Shown here: positions 45,359 through 54,713 of the stretch, piece by piece
How the letters are laid out: every line of letters starts with the position of its first letter
How positions within the stretch are numbered: position 1 is the stretch's first letter
Origin: Eubacteriales bacterium
Lineage (GTDB): Bacteria > Bacillota > Clostridia > Oscillospirales > CAG-382
Length of the DNA stretch: 64,000 nt
Assembly: GCA_045536535.1 (NCBI GenBank)
Contig: JAZSNS010000031.1
Span: 64,934-128,933, forward strand
Reading direction: 5' to 3'
Notes under the pieces: model-generated
What the model was told of the DNA's origin: nothing
Seen by the model: the letters and a program-made list of their open reading frames with translations, nothing else
The model's database searches: none
Position numbers and translations under genes: made by a program

Positions 45359-46279
45359 ATGAATATCATTCACATGAAATATGCCGTTGAGGTTGCAAAA
45401 GTCGGTTCTATAAACAAAGCGAGCGAAAACCTTTCAATGGCTCAACCTAACATCAGCCGCGCGATCAAAGACCTTGAAGCCGATCTCGGCATCACAATTT
45501 TTGACCGTTCGGCAAAAGGTATGAATCTAACGGCAGAGGGACGAGAATTCATTGCTCAGTCACAAAAAATCTTAAATCAACTCAACGATCTTGAAACCAT
45601 GTTCAAAAGCGGTGAAGCGGAGGTTCAAAAGTTTTCGATTTCCGCACCGAGAGCAGGATATATCGCCGAAGCGTTTGCCGATTTTTCCAAATTGATCGAC
45701 AGCAATTCCGCCGAAATCGTTCTTGACGAAACAAGTACGTTCAACACTATCAAAAAAGTCGTCTCTTCGGAATGCAAAATCGGCATTATCCGTTATGAAG
45801 AGGCCGCAGACCGTCATTTCAAAGAAATGCTTGACAAGCACGAATTGGCACATAAAACCATCGCCGATTTCAAGCATTTGGTTATCATGAGCAAGGAAAG
45901 TCGTTTGAACGATCTTGAAGAAATCAGCGAATCCGACCTTCAAGGTTATATACAGATCACCCACAGCGATCCTTACGAGGCTTCTATCACCGCTTCGAAC
46001 GACCGCAAAAACGAGCGCCGCGAAAGTGCCAACAGATGTATTTTTGTATTCGATACTGCGGCGCAACTTGAATTGCTTTCCGAAAACAAAGACACATTTA
46101 TGTGGGTTTCTCCCGTTCCTCAAAAACTTCTTGACAGATACGGTTTGGTTCAAAAAGACTGCACCGACAACAACAAGGTTTACAAAGACGTTCTTATCTA
46201 CCGCAGAGATTACAAACTGACCAAACTTGATGCTTTTTTTATTGAAGAACTTCAAAAATCCAAAGAAAAAAACCTTTAA
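45359..46279 (+). CDS. LysR-family transcriptional regulator
   Basis: N-terminal wHTH MKYAVEVAKVGSINKASENLSMAQPNISRAIKDLE, plus a substrate-binding domain. Confidence 0.93.
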   Translation: MNIIHMKYAVEVAKVGSINKASENLSMAQPNISRAIKDLEADLGITIFDRSAKGMNLTAEGREFIAQSQKILNQLNDLETMFKSGEAEVQKFSISAPRAGYIAEAFADFSKLIDSNSAEIVLDETSTFNTIKKVVSSECKIGIIRYEEAADRHFKEMLDKHELAHKTIADFKHLVIMSKESRLNDLEEISESDLQGYIQITHSDPYEASITASNDRKNERRESANRCIFVFDTAAQLELLSENKDTFMWVSPVPQKLLDRYGLVQKDCTDNNKVYKDVLIYRRDYKLTKLDAFFIEELQKSKEKNL

Positions 46280-46327
46280 AACATACCAAACCCCGAAATT
46301 CGATTTTTCACAACGTTTGTATTACCC

Positions 46328-46357
46328 AAAAAGCCTTGCAAATGCAAGGCTTTTTTG
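46328..46357 (+). terminator. rho-independent terminator after the LysR gene
   Basis: AAAAA-GCCTTGC-aaat-GCAAGGC-TTTTTT. Confidence 0.7.
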
Positions 46358-46533
46358 TTCGCTACGGGGTATATCAATATATATATTATCGATATGCCAT
46401 TCTCATAATTCCCAATCGCTGTTTTTTTTGATAGAATTATGTCGACAAATTATGTTTTATATGTTATATATAAATATACCTAAAACACGCGCGACGTTCA
46501 CGCGCGAAAAGACACTTTTGACGGAAGGATGGC

Positions 46534-47169
46534 ATGAAACCGATGAAACAGGTATCGGTAATGAAGGCAACGCTCGGAAGGCTCCCTTTGTATCTCGACT
46601 ACTTGAAAAAGCTCGACACTGCTAAAAGCGAAAATATCTCTGCTACCGTTATCGCCAAAGCGCTCGGGCTCGGAGAGGTTCAGGTCAGAAAAGATCTGAG
46701 TTCCGTCAGCGGTGCGGGCAGACCCAAGTTGGGATATAAGACCGAAGCGTTGATCAAAAAAATCGAGGAAGTGCTCGGACGACATTCCGTCACCAAAGCG
46801 ATAATCGTCGGCGCTGGCAAGTTGGGCAACGCTTTGTTGGAATACAACGGGTTTTCAAATTACGGTTTGGAAATCTCCGCCGCGTTTGACATTGATGAAG
46901 AGAGAATCAGAAATTCCGTTTCAAACAAACTTGTTCTCCCTCTTGACAAACTTGAAGAATATTGCAAACAGGAAGGAATCTGCATCGGAATCATATCCGT
47001 ACCCGTTGCATCCGCTCAGGAAATTTGCGACAGACTTATAAATTGCGGCGTGAACGGCATTTGGAATTTTGCTCCCTGTCAACTTCACGTACCCGAGAGC
47101 GTCACGCTTCAACAGGAAAATCTCGCACTTTCGTTGGCTCATCTCAAATTGCACATGATGAATATATAG
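46534..47169 (+). CDS. rex: redox-sensing transcriptional repressor Rex
   Basis: ATLGRLPLYLDYL wHTH start and the NAD(H) Rossmann motif IIVGAGKLGNAL. Confidence 0.93.
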   Translation: MKPMKQVSVMKATLGRLPLYLDYLKKLDTAKSENISATVIAKALGLGEVQVRKDLSSVSGAGRPKLGYKTEALIKKIEEVLGRHSVTKAIIVGAGKLGNALLEYNGFSNYGLEISAAFDIDEERIRNSVSNKLVLPLDKLEEYCKQEGICIGIISVPVASAQEICDRLINCGVNGIWNFAPCQLHVPESVTLQQENLALSLAHLKLHMMNI

Positions 47170-47217
47170 CAAGGGATCCAATCGAAAAAAACGGTTGGCG
47201 GCTGAGGAGTAAATCGA

Positions 47218-48648
47218 ATGAGAAAATTTGATACAAAAGTACAATATCTTAAATACAAGGTGTTGCGCGAAGTTGCAAGGCAGGCTTGGGAAGGCACTTT
47301 GCTCGAAAAGTTGTTGGATATTCCTACAATGATCGTCCCCGGCAAGACGCCCACAATGCGTTGCTGTGTTTACAAAGAACGCGCAATACTTACAAAACGC
47401 ATCAAACTTGCAATGGGCGGCAACACCGAAAACAGCAACGTCATTGAAGTTATCGACATTGCGTGTGACGAATGCCCTTCCGCAGGTTACGTCGTTACCG
47501 ACTCCTGCCGAGGTTGCCTTGCACACCGTTGCGAAGACGTTTGCAAAAAAGGTGCGATCGCTTTTGACCATAATCACGTTGCACATATCGATAAATCGAA
47601 ATGCGTCGAGTGCGGGCAATGCGCGAAGGTCTGCCCCTTTACCGCGATCGTAAACCGAAAGCGCCCGTGTCAGAACGCATGTAAAGTCAAGGCGATCTCG
47701 ATAAACCAAAACAATGCCGCTTCGATCGACAGCAAAAAGTGTATCGCCTGCGGTGCATGTGTTTATCAATGTCCGTTCGGCGCTATTTCGGAAAAATCAT
47801 ATATTCTTGACGTCATCGACTTTATCAAGAAGAGCGACAACAACAAGAACTACAAAGTTTATGCGGTCGTTGCGCCCTCAATTTCGAGTCAATTCACCTA
47901 TGCAAAACTCGGTCAGATCGTCACCGGATTGAAGGAACTCGGTTTCCACACGGTTGTTGAAGCCGCGCTCGGCGCAGATATGATCGCGCTCGAAGAATCG
48001 AAGGAACTTGTTGAAAAGGGTTTCCTTACAAGTTCCTGTTGTCCTGCTTTTGTGACATACATCAGACAGAATTTCCCGAATCTCGTTCCTTTTATATCGC
48101 ACAACCCCTCGCCCATGACAGCGATTTCAAAACACATCAAGGGGCTTGACAAGGATTGCAAGGTCGTTTTCATCGGTCCCTGCACGGCAAAAAAGGCCGA
48201 GGCAAAACAAGAAAGCGTCAGTCCTTTCGTCGATTCGGTCATAACCTTTGAAGAACTTCAAGCGTTGTTTGACAGCCGTGACATCGATATCACCACACTC
48301 GAAGAGGGTTTGCTTGACAACGCCTCATACTTCGGACGGATTTTCGCGAGATGCGGCGGTCTTTCCGATGCGGTCGGGCAGGCCATCAAAGAACAAGGCA
48401 TTGAGGACTTTGTTCTGAAAGCATTTTCATGCGACGGTATCGAAGAATGCCGAGCGGCTTTGCTCAAAAAGAACAAAAACGCGCTTGACGTGAACTTTAT
48501 TGAAGGAATGGCATGTGTCGGCGGCTGCATCGGCGGTGCGGGTTGTTTGACACACGGCGAAAAAAACAAGTTACAGGTTGACAAATACGGAAAAGAAGCC
48601 ACAGACAAAACGATCAAAGACGCAGTCGGCGTTTTGAACATAAAATAA
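47218..48648 (+). CDS. [FeFe]-hydrogenase-like protein (H-cluster domain plus 2x[4Fe-4S] ferredoxin domain)
   Basis: Ferredoxin motifs CVECGQCAKVCP and CIACGACVYQCP. H-cluster-like motifs TSSCCPAF, GPCTAKKAE and EGMACVGGCIGG. No PAS or sensor domain. Confidence 0.85.
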   Translation: MRKFDTKVQYLKYKVLREVARQAWEGTLLEKLLDIPTMIVPGKTPTMRCCVYKERAILTKRIKLAMGGNTENSNVIEVIDIACDECPSAGYVVTDSCRGCLAHRCEDVCKKGAIAFDHNHVAHIDKSKCVECGQCAKVCPFTAIVNRKRPCQNACKVKAISINQNNAASIDSKKCIACGACVYQCPFGAISEKSYILDVIDFIKKSDNNKNYKVYAVVAPSISSQFTYAKLGQIVTGLKELGFHTVVEAALGADMIALEESKELVEKGFLTSSCCPAFVTYIRQNFPNLVPFISHNPSPMTAISKHIKGLDKDCKVVFIGPCTAKKAEAKQESVSPFVDSVITFEELQALFDSRDIDITTLEEGLLDNASYFGRIFARCGGLSDAVGQAIKEQGIEDFVLKAFSCDGIEECRAALLKKNKNALDVNFIEGMACVGGCIGGAGCLTHGEKNKLQVDKYGKEATDKTIKDAVGVLNIK

Positions 48649-48691
48649 AAATGTGTAAAAAAACAGTTTCTATATAAAAAAGGAGTTTATC

Positions 48692-49636
48692 ATGACTAAG
48701 ATCACTATCATCGGAACCGGCAGTGTTGGTTCCACCATAGCCTACACTCTCACAGTTCAGGGTATTGCGTCCGAAATCGTAATGATTGACATCAACGGCG
48801 AAAAAGCGATCGGCGAAGCACTTGACATCCGTCAAGGTACACCTTTTTGCCATCCCTGCACCATTTATGCAGGCAGTTATCCCGATGCGGCAGGTTCTGA
48901 CGTCGTTATCCTCACATCAGGTGTTGCAAGAAAGCCCGGTCAGTCCAGACTTGACCTCGCTCAGACCAACGTTAACATCACAAAGAGCATAATTCCCGAA
49001 ATCACCAAATATGCTCCCGATGCAACCTACGTTATCGTCAGCAACCCCGTTGATATTCTCACATATACTTTCTGTAAATATTCCGGGCTTCCGCACAACC
49101 GTATCATCGGTTCGGGTACTATCCTCGATACTTCAAGACTTCGTTCGAGAATCTCCGAATATTACCAGGTCAACCAGCAGAACGTTCATGCATACGTTCT
49201 CGGCGAACACGGCGACAGCAGTTTCATTCCTTGGTCGCTCGCAAACATCTCCAACGTTCCCGTTGAAAACTATAGTGATGCACTTCTTCACAACAACGGC
49301 GTTTATCCCAAACTCGACAAGGCAGAAGTCGAAGAATATGTCCGCAAGTCAGGCGCATCGGTCATCCAGCGCAAAGGCGCGACCTTCTATGCGGTTTCGA
49401 TATCGGTTTGCCGTATCGTCAAAGCGCTTCTTTCGGGCATTGATACAACACTTACCGTTTCGACCATGCTTGAAGGCGAATACGGAATCAATGACGTTTG
49501 TTTGAGTCTTCTCACTATCATCGGCAACAAGGCTGCAAACGGCAAGATCCTTCTTCCTCTTAACGATGAAGAAATCAAGGCCCTTAATCACAGCGCAGAT
49601 GAGTTGAAGAACGTTATCAACAACCTTCAATGGTAA
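48692..49636 (+). CDS. L-lactate/malate dehydrogenase family enzyme; Arg at specificity position suggests malate dehydrogenase
   Basis: IIGTGSVGS Rossmann motif, GEHGDS catalytic His and GSGTILDT. The substrate loop is SGVARKPGQSRLDL, where canonical LDHs read ..NQKPGETRLDL. Confidence 0.9.
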   Translation: MTKITIIGTGSVGSTIAYTLTVQGIASEIVMIDINGEKAIGEALDIRQGTPFCHPCTIYAGSYPDAAGSDVVILTSGVARKPGQSRLDLAQTNVNITKSIIPEITKYAPDATYVIVSNPVDILTYTFCKYSGLPHNRIIGSGTILDTSRLRSRISEYYQVNQQNVHAYVLGEHGDSSFIPWSLANISNVPVENYSDALLHNNGVYPKLDKAEVEEYVRKSGASVIQRKGATFYAVSISVCRIVKALLSGIDTTLTVSTMLEGEYGINDVCLSLLTIIGNKAANGKILLPLNDEEIKALNHSADELKNVINNLQW

Positions 49637-49667
49637 TTAATTTAGTGATATAGTGAGGTTATAAAAA

Positions 49668-51044
49668 ATGGAATACCGTATTGAACACGATTCTATGGGC
49701 GAAATGAAGGTCCCCGCAGACCGTCTTTGGGCTGCGCAAACTCAGAGAAGCCGCGAAAATTTCGAAATCGGCGTTGGCATTGAAACGATGCCCGCAGAAA
49801 TAATCCGCGCGTTCGGCGTTCTCAAACAGGCCGCCGCTGTTACCAACAACGCGCTCAAACCCGAAAAGATGACCGATGAAAAACTCACCGCCATCAAACA
49901 GGCTTGCGATGAAGTTATCGAAGGCAAACTTAACGGTCACTTCCCTCTTGTCGTATGGCAGACGGGTTCGGGCACTCAGTCGAACATGAACTCCAATGAG
50001 GTCATTGCGAACCGCGCAAATGAAATTCTCGGCAAAAAACTTTGCCACCCCAACGATGACGTTAACATGAGCCAATCCTCGAACGACACCTTCCCGACCG
50101 CAATGCACATCGCGGCGGTTATCGCTTTGGAAGACAAGCTCATTCCCGCAGTTGACGAACTTATTGCTACTTTTCTCCGTCTTGAAGTCGAAAACGAAGG
50201 TATCGTCAAGAGCGGCAGAACGCATCTCCAAGATGCAACCCCCATTAAGTTCAGTCAGGAAATCAGCGGTTGGAGATCCAGCCTTCAAAAAGACGTTGAA
50301 CTTATCAAACGTTCTGTCGAACCTTTGCGCGAACTTGCGCTCGGCGGCACTGCCGTCGGCACGGGGCTGAACGCTCCCAAAGGATTTGCCGAAAGAGTTG
50401 CCGAAGAAGTCAGCAACATCACGGGCAAGACCTTCATCACCGCAGAAAACAAGTTCCACGCACTTACCTCAAAAGATGAACTCGTTTTCGCGCACGGCGC
50501 TATCAAAGCTCTCGCTTGCGATATGATGAAGATCGCAAACGATATCCGTTGGCTCGCTTCCGGTCCGCGAGACGGGCTCGGAGAAATTTTCATCCCCGAA
50601 AACGAGCCCGGCTCCTCGATTATGCCCGGCAAGGTAAACCCGACTCAGTGCGAAGCGGTCACTATGGTTGCCGTTCAGGTTATGGGTAACGACGTTGCTG
50701 TCGGTATGGCGGCATCGCAGGGGAACTTTGAACTCAACGTATTTATGCCTGTTTGCATTTACAATTTCCTTCAATCCGCCAGACTTCTTGCAGAAGCAAT
50801 CGTTTCATTCAACAAGAACTGCGCTGTCGGTATTACCGCAAACAAAGAAAAAATGCATCACAATCTTCACAACTCGTTGATGCTCGTTACCGCGCTCAAT
50901 CCCTACATCGGTTATGAAAACGCGGCAAAAACCGCCAAAAAGGCGTTCAAAGACAATATCTCGCTCAAAGAAGCCTGCGTTGAACTCGGTTTCCTTACCG
51001 CAGAAAGATTTGACGAAGTTTTCCATCCCGAACAGATGGTTTAA
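49668..51044 (+). CDS. fumC: class II fumarate hydratase
   Basis: GSSIMPGKVNP signature, 458 aa. Confidence 0.96.
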   Translation: MEYRIEHDSMGEMKVPADRLWAAQTQRSRENFEIGVGIETMPAEIIRAFGVLKQAAAVTNNALKPEKMTDEKLTAIKQACDEVIEGKLNGHFPLVVWQTGSGTQSNMNSNEVIANRANEILGKKLCHPNDDVNMSQSSNDTFPTAMHIAAVIALEDKLIPAVDELIATFLRLEVENEGIVKSGRTHLQDATPIKFSQEISGWRSSLQKDVELIKRSVEPLRELALGGTAVGTGLNAPKGFAERVAEEVSNITGKTFITAENKFHALTSKDELVFAHGAIKALACDMMKIANDIRWLASGPRDGLGEIFIPENEPGSSIMPGKVNPTQCEAVTMVAVQVMGNDVAVGMAASQGNFELNVFMPVCIYNFLQSARLLAEAIVSFNKNCAVGITANKEKMHHNLHNSLMLVTALNPYIGYENAAKTAKKAFKDNISLKEACVELGFLTAERFDEVFHPEQMV

Positions 51045-51104
51045 AAACGGGTGTTTTTCAGAAAATAATTATTTCCTATGCAATTTTTACCGGAGGTATT
51101 ATAA

Positions 51105-51896
51105 ATGAAGTTCAGTTACTTCCCCGGGTGCACTCTCAAAAACAAAGCGAAAGATCTTGACATTTACGCAAGAAAATGCGCCGAAGTTTTGGGTGTTACT
51201 TTGGAAGAAATAGAAAACTGGCAATGTTGCGGCGGCGTTTTTACCACCGCAAGGAACGAAGTTGCCACAAAACTTTCCTCGGTTCGCGTTCTTAAAGCCG
51301 CGAAGGAGAAAGATCAAGCGTTGGTTACCGTTTGTTCGGCTTGCCACAACGTCGTTAAGCAGACAAACCATGCGATGCAGAACGACGCTGATTTTGCAAA
51401 CAAAGTGAACCTTTATATGAACGAAGGCGAATATGACGGTTCTACACAGGTTTACCATTATCTGGAAATGCTTCGCGACGTTATCGGTTTTGACAATCTT
51501 AAAGAAAAAGTTGTCAACCCGTTCAAAGGCAGAAAAATCGCGGCTTATTACGGATGTCTTCTTTTGAGGCCGAATTCGGTCATGAGAATGGACGATCCCG
51601 AAAACCCCAGCATCATTGAGGACCTTATCCGTGCTATCGGCGCAGAACCCGTTATTTACGGTTTCAGAAACGAATGTTGCGGCGGTTACGTCAGAATGGA
51701 GAGTCCCGAACTTGCCGTTAAAAAAAGCAACACGGTCAGCAACAGCGCGATCAACGCAGGAGCAGAAATGATCGTTACCGCATGTCCGCTTTGCAAATAC
51801 AACCTTGAAAAGAGCGGTTCTAAGATCCCCGTTGTTTATATCACCGAACTTCTTGCGGAAGCATTGGGAGTTAAGGAGGGCGACGATGAGCAATAA
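51105..51896 (+). CDS. hdrB: heterodisulfide-reductase subunit B-like protein (two CCG domains)
   Basis: YFPGCTL...WQCCGG...CSAC, and a second copy YYGCLL...ECCGG...CPLC. Confidence 0.88.
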   Translation: MKFSYFPGCTLKNKAKDLDIYARKCAEVLGVTLEEIENWQCCGGVFTTARNEVATKLSSVRVLKAAKEKDQALVTVCSACHNVVKQTNHAMQNDADFANKVNLYMNEGEYDGSTQVYHYLEMLRDVIGFDNLKEKVVNPFKGRKIAAYYGCLLLRPNSVMRMDDPENPSIIEDLIRAIGAEPVIYGFRNECCGGYVRMESPELAVKKSNTVSNSAINAGAEMIVTACPLCKYNLEKSGSKIPVVYITELLAEALGVKEGDDEQ

Positions 51897-52278
51897 AAAC
51901 AAATATCTTCAAGAAGAATTGCTCCGCATGAGCGGCGTCAACCCCAGAAAATGCATGCGTTGCGGCAAATGTTCGGCAACCTGTCCCGCTTATGACGAGA
52001 TGGAATATCATCCCCACCAATTTGTTTTCATGGTCGAAAGCGGCGATATCGAACCGTTGCTCGAATCGAAATCGCTTTACAGATGTCTCACCTGCTTTGC
52101 CTGTGTTGACAGATGTCCGCGCGGTGTTGAACCCGCAAAACTTGTCGAAGCGGTTCGTCTTGCTGCAATCCGCAAGCAGGGCAACAACCACATGACGGCA
52201 AACGACGTTCCCGAATTGATCGAAGACGATACGCCTCAACAGCTTATCGTTTCGGCATTCAGAAAATACACGAAGTAA
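51886..52278 (+). CDS. hdrC: heterodisulfide-reductase subunit C-like 2x[4Fe-4S] protein
   Basis: CMRCGKCSATCP and CLTCFACVDRCP. Start is at ATG 51886 after AAGGAGG, overlapping hdrB by 11 nt. The track start at 51805 lies inside hdrB. Confidence 0.88.
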   Translation: MSNKNKYLQEELLRMSGVNPRKCMRCGKCSATCPAYDEMEYHPHQFVFMVESGDIEPLLESKSLYRCLTCFACVDRCPRGVEPAKLVEAVRLAAIRKQGNNHMTANDVPELIEDDTPQQLIVSAFRKYTK

Positions 52279-52293
52279 GGAGGAAAAGGCAAA

Positions 52294-54288
52294 ATGCAAA
52301 GAATTGGTGTTTTTGTATGTTGGTGCGGCAGTAATATCGCAGGTACTGTTGACGTTAAAGCCGTTGCCGAAGCGCTCAAAAGCGAGCCCGGCGTTGTCTT
52401 TTCCACCAACTATCAGTACATGTGTTCCCAAGCAGGTCAGGAACTTATCAAGGACGCCATTAAAGAGCATAATCTCACCGGCGTTGTAGTTTGTTCCTGT
52501 TCGCCCCGTATGCACGAAGCGACGTTCCGTAAAACCGTCGCCGCCGCAGGGATCAACCCTTATATGCTTGAAATCGCAAATATCCGCGAGCAATGCTCCT
52601 GGGTACATAAAGATATGGCTGTCGGTACCGAAAAGGCAATTATCCTCGGTAAAGCGGCTATCGCCAAGGTCAACCTTAACACTCCGCTCACTCCCGGTGA
52701 ATCGCCCGTTACCAAACGTGCGCTTGTTATCGGTGGCGGTATTGCGGGCATTCAGACCGCGCTTGACATCGCAGACGCAGGTTTTGAAGTTGACATCGTT
52801 GAAAAGAAGCCGACGATCGGCGGCAAGATGGCACAACTTGATAAGACCTTCCCGACGCTCGACTGCGCGGCTTGTATCCTCACCCCGAAAATGGTTGACG
52901 TTGCGCAAAATGAAAAGATCCGCATCTTCTCTTACAGCGAAGTGGCAGAAGTCGGCGGATTCGTTGGCAACTTTGACGTTAAGATCAAGAAGAAGGCGCG
53001 TTACGTTAAGGAAGAGCTTTGCACAGGCTGCGGAGCTTGTACCGAAAAATGTCCTATGAAGAAGGTTCCCAACGACTTTAACCTTAATATGGACACAAAG
53101 CGCGCAATATACATTCCCTTTGCACAGGCGGTTCCGAACGTTGCTACTATCGACCCCGATTACTGCAACATGCTCAAAAACGGCAAATGCGGTGTTTGCG
53201 CAAAGGTCTGTACCGCAGGTGCGATCGATTACACGCAAAAAGACGAAATCATCGAAGAAAAATACGGCGCGATCGTCGTTGCTACCGGTTTCAATCCGAT
53301 CAGCATGGATAAATTCGATGAATTCGCATACAACCAATCAAAAGACGTTATAACCTCGCTTGAATTCGAACGTCTTACCAACGCGGCAGGTCCGACTGCG
53401 GGCAAGTTGCTCCGTCCCTCCGACGGAAAGCATCCGCACACGATCGTTTTCGTTCAATGCGTTGGCTCGCGTTGCGACGCATGTGCGGAAAAAGGCAAGG
53501 AATATTGCTCGAAGATCTGCTGTATGTACACCGCAAAACATGCGATGCTCACCAGAGACAAATATCCCGATACCGACGTTTACGTATTCTATATCGACGT
53601 CAGAACTCCCGGTAAGAATTTTGACGAGTTCTATCGCAGAGCGGTCGAAGAATACGGAGTGCATTATATCAAAGGCATGGTTGGCAAGGTCAGTCCCGAA
53701 GGCGACAAACTTCTCGTTCAGGCTTCGGATCTGCTTGCAGACAAACAGCTTAAAATCGAAGCAGACCTTGTTGTTCTTGCCGCCGCGATCGAGCCCGATA
53801 AATCGGCGCGTTCGCTCGCAACCATGCTTACCGCAAGCATGGACACCAACGACTTCTTCACCGAAGCGCACCCGAAACTCCGTCCCGTTGAAAGTCCGAC
53901 GGCAGGCGTTTTCCTTTCGGGTGCATGCCAAGGTCCTAAGGATATTCCCGAAACCGTTTCGCAGGCAGGCGCTGCCGCCGCGAAGGTTATCGGACTTCTT
54001 GCCAAAGACAAACTCATGGGCAACCCCTGTGTTGCGCATTCAGACGAAATGATGTGCAACGGTTGCTCGTCATGCGAAAAGGTTTGTCCTTACGGTGCTA
54101 TCACTTACGAAGACAAAGAATTCCGTATGCCCGACAGAACCACTTTGGTTCGACGTATTGCAAAAGTCAACCCCGCAGTTTGTCAGGGTTGCGGTTGCTG
54201 TACCGTTGCTTGTCCTTCGGGCGCGATGGATCTCAAAGGATTCGCGAGTGAACAAATCATTGCGGAGGTAGATGCGATATGCAAATGA
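52294..54288 (+). CDS. hdrA: heterodisulfide-reductase subunit A-like FAD/FeS flavoprotein
   Basis: 664 aa with an N-terminal VCWCGSNI Cys domain, the VIGGGIAGIQTALDIA FAD fold, and inserted and C-terminal ferredoxin motifs (CTGCGACTEKCP, CGVCAKVC, CNGCSSCEKVCP, CQGCGCCTVACP). Confidence 0.92.
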   Translation: MQRIGVFVCWCGSNIAGTVDVKAVAEALKSEPGVVFSTNYQYMCSQAGQELIKDAIKEHNLTGVVVCSCSPRMHEATFRKTVAAAGINPYMLEIANIREQCSWVHKDMAVGTEKAIILGKAAIAKVNLNTPLTPGESPVTKRALVIGGGIAGIQTALDIADAGFEVDIVEKKPTIGGKMAQLDKTFPTLDCAACILTPKMVDVAQNEKIRIFSYSEVAEVGGFVGNFDVKIKKKARYVKEELCTGCGACTEKCPMKKVPNDFNLNMDTKRAIYIPFAQAVPNVATIDPDYCNMLKNGKCGVCAKVCTAGAIDYTQKDEIIEEKYGAIVVATGFNPISMDKFDEFAYNQSKDVITSLEFERLTNAAGPTAGKLLRPSDGKHPHTIVFVQCVGSRCDACAEKGKEYCSKICCMYTAKHAMLTRDKYPDTDVYVFYIDVRTPGKNFDEFYRRAVEEYGVHYIKGMVGKVSPEGDKLLVQASDLLADKQLKIEADLVVLAAAIEPDKSARSLATMLTASMDTNDFFTEAHPKLRPVESPTAGVFLSGACQGPKDIPETVSQAGAAAAKVIGLLAKDKLMGNPCVAHSDEMMCNGCSSCEKVCPYGAITYEDKEFRMPDRTTLVRRIAKVNPAVCQGCGCCTVACPSGAMDLKGFASEQIIAEVDAICK

Positions 54289-54713
54289 AAGAATATAAAC
54301 CTTTGATCGTAGCATTTTGCTGCAACTGGTGTTCTTATGCAGGCGCAGACCTTGCAGGCAACAACAGATTGAATTACCCCGCAGAAGTCAAGATCATTCG
54401 TGTTCCCTGCTCTTGCAGAGTCAATCCGATGTTCATTCTTCGCGCTTTCCAGCGCGGCGCGGACGGTGTTATCCTTTGCGGTTGCCACCCCGGTGACTGT
54501 CATTATACATCCGGCAACTATTTCACAAGACGCAGAATGACGTTGCTTTTCTCGATGCTTGATTATCTCGGCATTGAAAGAGAACGCACCCGCGTTGAAT
54601 GGGTTTCCGCAGCAGAAGGCGCAAAGTTTGCCGCCACCATGAACGATTTTGCCGAAAAGGTTGCTGCCCTCGGCGAAAACAAGAGATTGGAGGACCTCAG
54701 ATGCAAAAAATAA
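54279..54713 (+). CDS. mvhD: MvhD/FlxD-like hydrogenase iron-sulfur subunit
   Basis: AFCCNWCSYAGAD...VPCSCRV...LCGCHPGDCHY. Overlaps hdrA by 10 nt. Confidence 0.9.
   Translation: MQMKEYKPLIVAFCCNWCSYAGADLAGNNRLNYPAEVKIIRVPCSCRVNPMFILRAFQRGADGVILCGCHPGDCHYTSGNYFTRRRMTLLFSMLDYLGIERERTRVEWVSAAEGAKFAATMNDFAEKVAALGENKRLEDLRCKK

Noticed and set aside
46280-46533. Rex operator sites in the rex upstream region and in the short spacers before the hydrogenase, mdh-like, fumC and hdrB genes.
   Set aside because: No inverted repeat of the TTGTGAA-N-TTCACAA or TTGTTAA-N-TTAACAA type was seen. Only isolated half-site-like strings were seen, such as TTTTTCACAA at about 46300. A PWM scan would be needed. 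I make no claim here.
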